NCBI GenBank assembly: GCA_046758705.1 | Contig: JBHIAT010000070.1 | Span: forward strand, 1 to 16,884 | DNA from: Candidatus Bipolaricaulia bacterium | GTDB lineage: Bacteria; Bipolaricaulota; Bipolaricaulia; JBHIAT01 | Length of the DNA stretch: 16,884 nucleotides | Direction: 5' to 3' | Shown here: piece by piece, positions 1 to 6,300 of the stretch | Position numbering within the stretch: the stretch's first letter is position 1 | How the letters are laid out: each line of letters opens with the position of its first letter | Notes under the pieces: model-generated | Database searches by the model: none | The model's input: only the letters and a program-made list of their open reading frames with translations | Told to the model about the DNA's origin: nothing | Translations under genes and position numbers: made by a program

Positions 1-239
1 CTCAGCATCCGCTCGCTGAGATCGATCGCGGTCATCCGGATCTCTTCGGGATAGTAAGGGATATTTTTCCCGGTGCCCACGCCAACCTCGAGCACCATCG
101 GCCCGCTCACTTGATTCCACAGCTGTTTACGCCAGCGGCGGAACGCAAACCGTTCGATGAGAAGTTCGGAGAGGTCGTAGATCGGGGCAACGCGGTCATA
201 GCGGTGTCGGGTGGTCGAGGTCGATTCGGGAGAACTCAC
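1..239 (-). CDS. Class I SAM-dependent methyltransferase, 5' part (runs off the left edge; not in the ORF track)
   Basis: Manual translation from GTG at 239: MSSPESTSTTRHRYDRVAPIYDLSELLIERFAFRRWRKQLWNQVSGPMVLEVGVGTGKNIPYYPEEIRMTAIDLSERML. Contains SAM motif I (VLEVGVGTG) and post-I (AIDLS). AAGGTG SD-like sequence upstream. Confidence 0.9.
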   Translation of the reverse strand, partial: MSSPESTSTTRHRYDRVAPIYDLSELLIERFAFRRWRKQLWNQVSGPMVLEVGVGTGKNIPYYPEEIRMTAIDLSERML

Positions 240-317
240 CAGTTATCACACCTTATCCGAATAAATTGTAGCGGATCCTTATCATTCTACACAAGATCAA
301 TAGGTAAACCTCTGTCC

Positions 318-346
318 TTGACAAACGGTCGATCGCGGCGTATAGT
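318..346 (+). promoter_or_regulatory. Sigma70-type promoter P1 (upstream of ccdA)
   Basis: TTGACA (318-323), 17-nt spacer, TATAGT (341-346). Confidence 0.85.
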
Positions 347-355
347 ATAGGTGAT

Positions 356-375
356 CCCACCCCTGGTGGGGTGGG
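356..375. promoter_or_regulatory. G/C-tract palindromic operator, copy 1 (CsoR/RcnR-family-like)
   Basis: CCCACCCC-TGGT-GGGGTGGG, a perfect 8-bp inverted repeat 9 nt after the -10 box. Recurs at 2021 and 9770 in the same promoter position. Confidence 0.8.
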
Positions 376-471
376 GCAAATGATCTCGTAAAGGTCACAA
401 AATGCGTTATCACCGGTAGATCTGGTCGTTATTTGTGTTCATCGGCATCGGCGTGCCCTGAGCAACAGGTT

Positions 472-1188
472 ATGAATCTAGAGCTGTTACCGTTTTCGTT
501 TTTCGCTGGGGTGGCCACGTTCTTTAGCCCCTGCTTTGGGGCGATGCTGCCCGCCTACATCTCAACCTATTTGGGCCGAGCGGACGTGGGAGCAGGCGCT
601 TGGTGGGCGCGCGGCGGACAGGGCTTGGCCTTGGGTGCCGTGGTCAGCGCGGGGTTTTTGACCAGCCTCGCCGGGCTGGGGATGCTCTTTGGCCTTATCG
701 GCTCAGCCATCGGGCGGTATCTGCCCTGGATTGCGGTGCTCATCGGTCTGTTCATCGTGATCATGGGAATTGTGATGCTGGTGCGCCCCTCATTTTCCCC
801 GTCGCTGGGTGGGGTGGCCGGTCGATGGCTTCGCCCCAAAGCGGGTCAGGGGTTGCGCTCGTTTTACCTCTACGGGATCGTGTACGCCATTTGCGCCGCG
901 GCGTGCACGTTGCCAATCTTTTTGTCCGTGATGATGCAAACGTTCATCAGCGGAAGCGTTTTCAACAGCTTGCTGAACTTTCTGGCCTATGGCTGGGGGA
1001 TGTCCGTTGTGATGCTTCTGTTTTCCATCCTGCTGGCCTACTCCAAAGGCGTGGTCTACAAACTGTTTGCCCCGATCACCCACTGGGTCCAACGGGCCAG
1101 CGGGGGGTTCATGATCCTGGCCGGAGGCTATGTGCTCTACTACCTGTTGATTTACGGGCGCTATCTGGATGAGCTGGTGGGGAGGTAG
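472..1188 (+). CDS. ccdA: Cytochrome c biogenesis CcdA / DsbD-type transmembrane electron transporter
   Basis: About six hydrophobic segments with two membrane Cys motifs (AGVATFFSPC..LPAY; AICAAACTLP). ATG 472 preferred over TTG 433. Adjacent to a TlpA-like gene. Confidence 0.88.
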   Translation: MNLELLPFSFFAGVATFFSPCFGAMLPAYISTYLGRADVGAGAWWARGGQGLALGAVVSAGFLTSLAGLGMLFGLIGSAIGRYLPWIAVLIGLFIVIMGIVMLVRPSFSPSLGGVAGRWLRPKAGQGLRSFYLYGIVYAICAAACTLPIFLSVMMQTFISGSVFNSLLNFLAYGWGMSVVMLLFSILLAYSKGVVYKLFAPITHWVQRASGGFMILAGGYVLYYLLIYGRYLDELVGR

Positions 1189-1196
1189 ATCCAAAG

Positions 1197-1850
1197 ATGA
1201 TCAAAAAGCTCCTTGTCTTCATGGTGGTGCTGCTAGGTCTAGGAGTAACGAGTTTGATCACCTACTCTTACTTCTTTATTGGTCGCAATCAGGACGCGTC
1301 TATCCGCGGGGAAACAGCGGTAAATTCCAGTGCACTGATTCTCCGTACCAGCCGGGGCATCTTTATCGATAAAGCTGCCGAAGTCAACGCTGATCTCGTT
1401 GCTCCCTACCCCGGATACCGTGCCCCGGACTTTGCCTTTGAAGATTTGGACGGGAACCTGGTGAGACTAAGCGATTTCCGAGGGAAGCCCGTGTTGTTGA
1501 ACTTCTGGGCAACGTGGTGTCCTCCGTGTCGCAAAGAGGTGCCGGACCTCCAGGCGTTTCATGAGCAGTATGGGGATAAGATCGTGCTGTTAGGAATCGA
1601 CTGGGGCGAGGACGAGGCAGAAGTGAACCGCTTCCTAAAGCGTTACGGGGCGACTTACACCAATCTGCTGGACAAGAACGGCCAATTCTTCGTGCTTTAC
1701 CAGTTGACGGGTCTGCCCACCTCATACTGGATCGATGACCAGGGTGTGATTCGCGGCCTGTGGCTGGGGGCAATGAGCCTGGATGACATGGTAGCTGGTT
1801 TCGAGAAAACGACGTATGCACTGGAAGAGGGGATTGATAAAGAGCGATGA
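1197..1850 (+). CDS. Membrane-anchored TlpA/ResA-family thiol-disulfide oxidoreductase
   Basis: N-terminal TM anchor; APDF..DLDG..VRLSDFRGKPVLLNFWATWCPPC thioredoxin motif; cis-Pro GLPTS; GGAGG SD upstream. Confidence 0.93.
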   Translation: MIKKLLVFMVVLLGLGVTSLITYSYFFIGRNQDASIRGETAVNSSALILRTSRGIFIDKAAEVNADLVAPYPGYRAPDFAFEDLDGNLVRLSDFRGKPVLLNFWATWCPPCRKEVPDLQAFHEQYGDKIVLLGIDWGEDEAEVNRFLKRYGATYTNLLDKNGQFFVLYQLTGLPTSYWIDDQGVIRGLWLGAMSLDDMVAGFEKTTYALEEGIDKER

Positions 1851-1982
1851 TGGAGGTTATCCAGTGGGACCCGGCTTTCCACGATTCGAGCATCACAATC
1901 ACGCTCCCGGTCTCTACGAAGGGTGGCGTGCTGTATCAAAGCAAGGACCGGAAAGATCCCGGAAACGGTTGAACCCGAATCT

Positions 1983-2011
1983 TTGACAGTTGACGGACCA
2001 TGTGGTATAAT
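1983..2011 (+). promoter_or_regulatory. Consensus sigma70-type promoter P2 (upstream of the Rieske gene)
   Basis: TTGACA (1983-1988), 17 nt, TATAAT (2006-2011), with extended -10 TGn. Confidence 0.9.
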
Positions 2012-2020
2012 GAGAGTAGG

Positions 2021-2040
2021 CCCACCCCTAGTGGGGTGGG
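2021..2040. promoter_or_regulatory. G/C-tract palindromic operator, copy 2
   Basis: CCCACCCC-TAGT-GGGGTGGG, 9 nt after the -10 box; 19/20 identical to copy 1. Confidence 0.8.
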
Positions 2041-2066
2041 TAATGGATGAAAGGGAGGGGCCCAAC

Positions 2067-2636
2067 ATGGCAAAGCTGCAGAAGAAACCGGAGCTGTTGT
2101 TGGGCAGTTCGAAACAGGTGCAGAGGATCACCCGCCGGCGGTTCTTCACCCACCTTGGTTTGGGATCGCTCACGTTGACCCTGGGGGCCGTTACAGCCGG
2201 GGGGGGCGGCCTGTTCTACCCCAAGATCACCTTTGAGTCCTCACCGGTCTTCTCCGCAGGCCAGCCCTCCGACTTTCAGATCGGAGACATCGGAGACATG
2301 GGGGACCGCCGTGTCTACATCTTCCGAGATGAATTAGGATTCCAGGCGATCTCCAATGTCTGCACTCATCTGGGCTGTAAGCCGCCGTGGAACTCTACCA
2401 GAAACCGGTTCGAATGTCCGTGTCACGGGAGCGTCTTCGCCCGGGACGGCGCTGTTATTAAGGGACCGGCGCCTCTGCCGCTGCCGTTCTTCCTGATGAC
2501 GCTGTCGGTCGACGGCCGACTGATAGTCGATAAGTCGGTCGACAAAGGCAGTTACTGGAAGGGGATCGATCACGGCATCTACCTGATCCCCGAGGGAAAG
2601 CTCGTGAACGACCGGGGGGAGCCGGTCGAGATTTAG
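2067..2636 (+). CDS. Rieske [2Fe-2S] protein, cytochrome bc/b6f (QcrA/PetC) type, with Tat-like signal anchor
   Basis: TRRRFF twin-arginine motif plus hydrophobic stretch; box I CTHLGC, box II CPCHGS; GPAPLPL. Start moved to ATG 2067 (SD AGGGAGG) because the tracked start 1923 lies upstream of P2. Confidence 0.92.
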   Translation: MAKLQKKPELLLGSSKQVQRITRRRFFTHLGLGSLTLTLGAVTAGGGGLFYPKITFESSPVFSAGQPSDFQIGDIGDMGDRRVYIFRDELGFQAISNVCTHLGCKPPWNSTRNRFECPCHGSVFARDGAVIKGPAPLPLPFFLMTLSVDGRLIVDKSVDKGSYWKGIDHGIYLIPEGKLVNDRGEPVEI

Positions 2637-2648
2637 CACAGGTCTGGT

Positions 2649-2685
2649 ACAGGAGGTTTCGTTAGAATTCTAACGGTCCGCCTGT
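2649..2685. repeat. Inverted repeat with a perfect 16-bp palindromic core (terminator-like hairpin or protein-binding site)
   Basis: CGTTAGAATTCTAACG (2660-2675) is its own reverse complement, flanked by ACAGG (2649-2653) and CCTGT (2681-2685). No U-tract follows. Confidence 0.6.
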
Positions 2686-2751
2686 GAGAAACGTTACAGC
2701 ATTCCGCCCCTCTATCCCTTATCCTTGTTGTAGCTGAAGGAGGTGTTGCTC

Positions 2752-2781
2752 ATGCGAGGTGATTGCCTTTGTCCACTCTAG
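2752..2781 (+). CDS. Putative leader peptide MRGDCLCPL (9 aa, 2 Cys)
   Basis: Perfect SD AAGGAGGT (2737-2744), 7-nt spacing, ATG CGA GGT GAT TGC CTT TGT CCA CTC TAG. Located in the leader of a sulfite-reduction operon. Confidence 0.55.
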   Translation: MRGDCLCPL

Positions 2782-2782
2782 T

Positions 2783-3002
2783 TCGGTTAAACTCGCCTTA
2801 ACCGATCTGATTTCCAGGGGTGCTGATCCCTATTTGGGAGAACTTTCCCTTTCCTATTCCCATCTTCTACTCTACGTAATTCACTGCCGTATCCGCACCT
2901 GTATCTGTACGGAGGCACTCGCCTAAGCGGGTGCCCACACTTGGATTTGGCCTTTGCCGCGATAGCGGGTTCTCCAGTTGATCTTTCGAACTCGGCGGCA
3001 AA
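2783..3002 (+). promoter_or_regulatory. Structured leader region with several stem-loops and a G-free pyrimidine-rich tract
   Basis: Stems TCGGTTAA/TTAACCGA (2783-2805), GGCACTCGC/GCGGGTGCC (2914-2935) and TTTGCCGC..CGGGTTC/GAACTCG-GCGGCAAA (2953-3002). No G between 2841 and 2875. Confidence 0.5.
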
Positions 3003-3039
3003 ATTCTACTCCTTTTATTCCTTGCAGGAGGTTATCGTG

Positions 3040-3318
3040 GTGGATCGAGAGCTCGATCTTAGCGGAGAGATCTGTCCATATACGTTTGTCAAGAGCAAAC
3101 TGGTCCTGGAGGAGCTGGAGGACGGTCAGATACTGAGGGTGTTTGTCGATTACGAACCGGCCTCACGGAGCGTCCCTCGGAGCATGACAGCCGAAGGCCA
3201 CCAGGTATTGGCGGTCGACAAAGTGGAGGACGGCTGGACCATCGTGGTCCAAAAGCGGGAGAGCGGCTTCGAGGGGACAAAGCGAATGGAGGAGGTATCC
3301 GGAAACGATGATCAGTAA
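3040..3318 (+). CDS. TusA/SirA-family sulfur carrier (sulfurtransferase)
   Basis: ELDLSGEICPYTFVKSKLVLEELEDGQILRVFVD is the TusA-fold signature with the persulfide Cys. GTG 3040 lies 7 nt after SD AGGAGGT (3026-3032); GTG 3037 is also in frame. Confidence 0.9.
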   Translation: MDRELDLSGEICPYTFVKSKLVLEELEDGQILRVFVDYEPASRSVPRSMTAEGHQVLAVDKVEDGWTIVVQKRESGFEGTKRMEEVSGNDDQ

Positions 3319-4891
3319 AGGATCGGATTGGGATCCGATCGAGACCCAGAAGGAGGTCAGGAGGTATGCGAGTCGGGGATTTGAAGCGCTCAGACGGGAG
3401 GGTGGGGAGGAGGCCTTCAACCGGGTCAAGCTGGCTGGACTCTACCCCCAGAGGCAAACGGGCTACTTCATGTTTCGAACCCGGGTGCCCGGCGGCATCC
3501 TGAAGCCCGGCCAGGCACGGGCCATCGGTGAGCTCGCCGATCGGTACGCACGTGCTCCCGACGACGAGGCGGGCGGGTTCGTGGACATCACCACCCGCCA
3601 GGACGTTCAGATGCACTGGATCAAGATCGAGAACCTCCCCCGACTGTGGGACCACTATGAGGCAGTGGGGCTGACCACGCTGCAGGCCTGCGGCAATTCA
3701 GTGCGCAACATCACCAGTTGCCCCATCGCCGGGCTGGATCGTGAAGAGCTGATCGATACGCGTCCCATCGTCCGAGAGATCACCGACTACTTCACCGGAA
3801 ACCGCCGATATGCGAACCTTCCCCGTAAGTTCAAGGTGAGCCTGACCGGCTGCCGGGAGAACTGCGCCAAGGCGGAGATCAACGACATCGGCTTCACGCC
3901 AGCGGTCCAGGGAGGGACGGTGGGATTCAACGTGCGTGTCGGCGGAGGGTTGAGCGACAGCCCGCGGATGGCCTCGGACCTCGACCTGTTCGTCCACCTA
4001 GAGCAGGTGCTCCCCCTGATCCGCGCCTGTGTCCAGTTGTTCACCGACCGGGGAAACTATCTGAACATGGCGGCTAACCGACTTCGCATCCTGGTAGGGA
4101 AGTGGAGTCCCAGGTGGTTCAGGGATGAATTGAAGAGGTACGCCGGATTTGCGTTCGAACCGGCGGGTGAGAATCGGATCGACCGGCAGCGCCTCGACCA
4201 CATGGGCGTCCACCGACAGAAACAGGCGGGGTTGAACTACGTCGGGTTGAACGTGCCGGTCGGCCGCATCCCCGGGGAAGACCTGGTGGAAATCGACCGA
4301 ATCGCCCGGAAGTACGGGAACGGCGAGATCCGATTGACCTCCGACCAAAATCTGATCATCCCGAACGTCCCCGATGATCGGCTCGAGCAACTCCTCGATG
4401 AACCCTTGCTTGAAAGCTATTGCCCTGATCCCAAGCCCTTTGCGCGGGGGGTGGTGGTCTGCCCAGGAAGCGAGTTCTGCAACTTTGGCATCATCGAGAC
4501 GAAAAACCGGGCAAAGCGGTGGGCAGAGTATCTGGATGAGCACCTTGACCTCGGCTCGGAGGTGATCCGTCTCCATCTGAGCGGATGCAAGGCGTCATGC
4601 GCCCAGCCGCAGATCGCTGACGTGGGCCTGAGGGGGGCGATTCACCGGACGATGACGGGCTCGGTGGAAGCGGTGGACGTCGGCCTCGGAGGATCGCTGG
4701 GCCGTGACGCGCGGTTCATCCGATGGGTAAAGGGATCGTCGCCTGCTGAGGAGATCCCTGAAGCGCTGAAACGGCTGGTTGAGCAATACATCGAGAGCAG
4801 GAGACCGGGAGAGCGGTTCTATCAGTTCTGCCGGCGCACGAGCATCGACCGGCTGAAGGGGATTCTCAATGGGAGGGATGATCCGGAATGA
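3308..4891 (+). CDS. Siroheme/[4Fe-4S] sulfite reductase, monomeric assimilatory (ferredoxin-NiR/SiR) type
   Basis: FMFRTRVPGG, DITTRQDVQMH, ACGNSVRNI, NLPRKFK, INDIG, PVGRI, IRLTSDQNL; cluster/siroheme ligands CPGSEFC and SGCKASC. The second Lys in LPRKFK favours sulfite over nitrite specificity. Confidence 0.9.
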   Translation: MISKGSDWDPIETQKEVRRYASRGFEALRREGGEEAFNRVKLAGLYPQRQTGYFMFRTRVPGGILKPGQARAIGELADRYARAPDDEAGGFVDITTRQDVQMHWIKIENLPRLWDHYEAVGLTTLQACGNSVRNITSCPIAGLDREELIDTRPIVREITDYFTGNRRYANLPRKFKVSLTGCRENCAKAEINDIGFTPAVQGGTVGFNVRVGGGLSDSPRMASDLDLFVHLEQVLPLIRACVQLFTDRGNYLNMAANRLRILVGKWSPRWFRDELKRYAGFAFEPAGENRIDRQRLDHMGVHRQKQAGLNYVGLNVPVGRIPGEDLVEIDRIARKYGNGEIRLTSDQNLIIPNVPDDRLEQLLDEPLLESYCPDPKPFARGVVVCPGSEFCNFGIIETKNRAKRWAEYLDEHLDLGSEVIRLHLSGCKASCAQPQIADVGLRGAIHRTMTGSVEAVDVGLGGSLGRDARFIRWVKGSSPAEEIPEALKRLVEQYIESRRPGERFYQFCRRTSIDRLKGILNGRDDPE

Positions 4892-6126
4892 TAAGCAAGT
4901 TCCAAGATATCCGGGAAGAGATCAGCGAGATCGAGGCGCTGCCCGGGAAGCGTTGGTTCAGAACCCTGGATGCCGCGGTCATTGAGGCGGATCGGTGCAT
5001 TCGGTGCGGCACCTGTGTGACAGCCTGTCCGTCGGGTTCGATCAGCATCGCCGAGGACGACCGTCCCACCCTGGTGAGGATGTGCACCGGCTGTTCGCGC
5101 TGCTGGGACTTCTGCCCACGGAGCGGACTGCGATATGAGAGCGTATGGCAGCTGATCGGGGACAGAGCCAATGCCGGAGGCCTCGGGACCGTCCAGACCG
5201 CCTACACAGCCCGGACGAAGTCGGAGCGCCTGCGGGCCAGCGCCCAAGATGGCGGTGTCATCACCACGATCCTCGAAACGCTGCTGACTGCCGAGGAGAA
5301 CGGGATCGATGGTGCCCTGATCGCGAAGCAGAGCCGCGATCGACCCTGGAAAGGGGAAGCGTTCTTGGCCACCACGGTCGAGGCGCTTCATCAGGGGGCA
5401 GGAAGCTTCTACAACCAGACGATGGCTCTTGGCTACCTTAACGAGCTCAACCGGGCCGACCTTCCCCCAGATCCCCGGATCGCGATCGTGGGCACCCCGT
5501 GTGAGATCGTGGGCATCAAGGCACTACAGCAGCACCCTTGGGAAGGATCCGCCGGGTGGCAGAAGAAGATAGACGCCGTCGTCTACACCATCGCGCTGAT
5601 GTGCACGAGAAACTTTGACTACGATCGACTGGCCTTCAAGCTCAAGCAACGGGATATCGAGCTGGAGGCGGTGGGTAAGATCGACGTTATCGAGGGGGAG
5701 CTACACCTGTACGACAAGCAGGGCGAGGTGATCCTCCAAGAGGACATCCGTCGGTTTCACGACGCCGCCCTAAGGGGATGCGACGAGTGTGGCGACTTCA
5801 CCGGGAAGGCTGCGGACATCACGGTTGGGAGCATCGGCAGCCGGACCGGTTACTCCAGTGTGCTCATCCGGACGAGCACTGGGGGGGTCGCCTGGGAAAT
5901 CGCCAAGCCTCTGCTGGACTATGGGGAGCTGGACGATCTTCAAGCCGTTGACAGGATTGAGCGGCGAAACGAAAGACGCGCGGTGCGGTTTCTCAGACGA
6001 TCGTTCGACCCCGATGCGTCACTCGATATCGGGGTCGAGGATCACCTGAAGGCCTATACCGACAGCGACAGAGGGCCCCAGCCGCTCAATCCCAACCGAG
6101 TTTATCAGTATGAGGAGGTGTGCTGA
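4888..6126 (+). CDS. Coenzyme F420 hydrogenase/dehydrogenase beta-subunit family (FrhB/FdhB/FpoF-like) protein with N-terminal 2x[4Fe-4S] domain
   Basis: CIRCGTCVTACP and CTGCSRCWDFCP ferredoxin motifs; AQDGGVIT, VGTPCEI, ALMCTRNF and GCDECGDF..ADITVGSIG FrhB motifs. ATGA overlap with the reductase stop. Confidence 0.9.
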   Translation: MISKFQDIREEISEIEALPGKRWFRTLDAAVIEADRCIRCGTCVTACPSGSISIAEDDRPTLVRMCTGCSRCWDFCPRSGLRYESVWQLIGDRANAGGLGTVQTAYTARTKSERLRASAQDGGVITTILETLLTAEENGIDGALIAKQSRDRPWKGEAFLATTVEALHQGAGSFYNQTMALGYLNELNRADLPPDPRIAIVGTPCEIVGIKALQQHPWEGSAGWQKKIDAVVYTIALMCTRNFDYDRLAFKLKQRDIELEAVGKIDVIEGELHLYDKQGEVILQEDIRRFHDAALRGCDECGDFTGKAADITVGSIGSRTGYSSVLIRTSTGGVAWEIAKPLLDYGELDDLQAVDRIERRNERRAVRFLRRSFDPDASLDIGVEDHLKAYTDSDRGPQPLNPNRVYQYEEVC

Positions 6127-6300
6127 GTGAGTCAGGAACACGAGTATCAAGAACAAGCCGAGCGGATACTCAGCAGTGTCAACTACTGCAGCGCGATCGA
6201 CATCGACCCTGCTGAATCCCTGGTGGAATGCCCTCAATGCGGTGAGCTGGCTTATGTCAAATTTTTGAACCGCTGTTTGAACTGTGATGAAACGAGCTAA
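6127..6300 (+). CDS. Small CPxCG-type zinc-finger/rubredoxin-like protein, 57 aa (not in the ORF track)
   Basis: SD GAGGAGGTG (6112-6120), GTG immediately after the upstream TGA. MSQEHEYQEQAERILSSVNYCSAIDIDPAESLVECPQCGELAYVKFLNRCLNCDETS has two CxxC pairs and fills the intergenic gap exactly. Confidence 0.75.
   Translation: MSQEHEYQEQAERILSSVNYCSAIDIDPAESLVECPQCGELAYVKFLNRCLNCDETS

Noticed and set aside
265-294. Minus-strand promoter for the methyltransferase (TTGTGT-N18-TACAAT)
   Set aside because: Plausible but too weak a match to call.
111-350. 79-aa plus-strand ORF in the track
   Set aside because: It is antisense to the methyltransferase and runs through promoter P1; no motifs.
380-420. 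Tiny ORFs (MIS*, MRYHR*) in the ccdA leader
   Set aside because: No convincing SD or informative codon content.
1923-2066. Tracked N-terminal extension of the Rieske ORF
   Set aside because: It spans promoter P2 and the operator; a good SD supports ATG 2067.
2280-2306. 9-bp tandem repeat ATCGGAGAC x2 plus a degenerate third copy (IGDIGDMGD) in the Rieske gene
   Set aside because: Short in-frame microduplication with no evident function.
2718-2842. Possible SAM-I riboswitch (CTTATC... GGTGCTGATCCC)
   Set aside because: Only fragments resemble the consensus; the GAGGGA/GGCCC kink-turn region, GCAACC and the closing GATAAG are absent. cmscan would settle it.
2941-3036. Tracked N-terminal extension of tusA
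   Set aside because: No SD, and it covers leader hairpins; the TusA domain begins at 3040.
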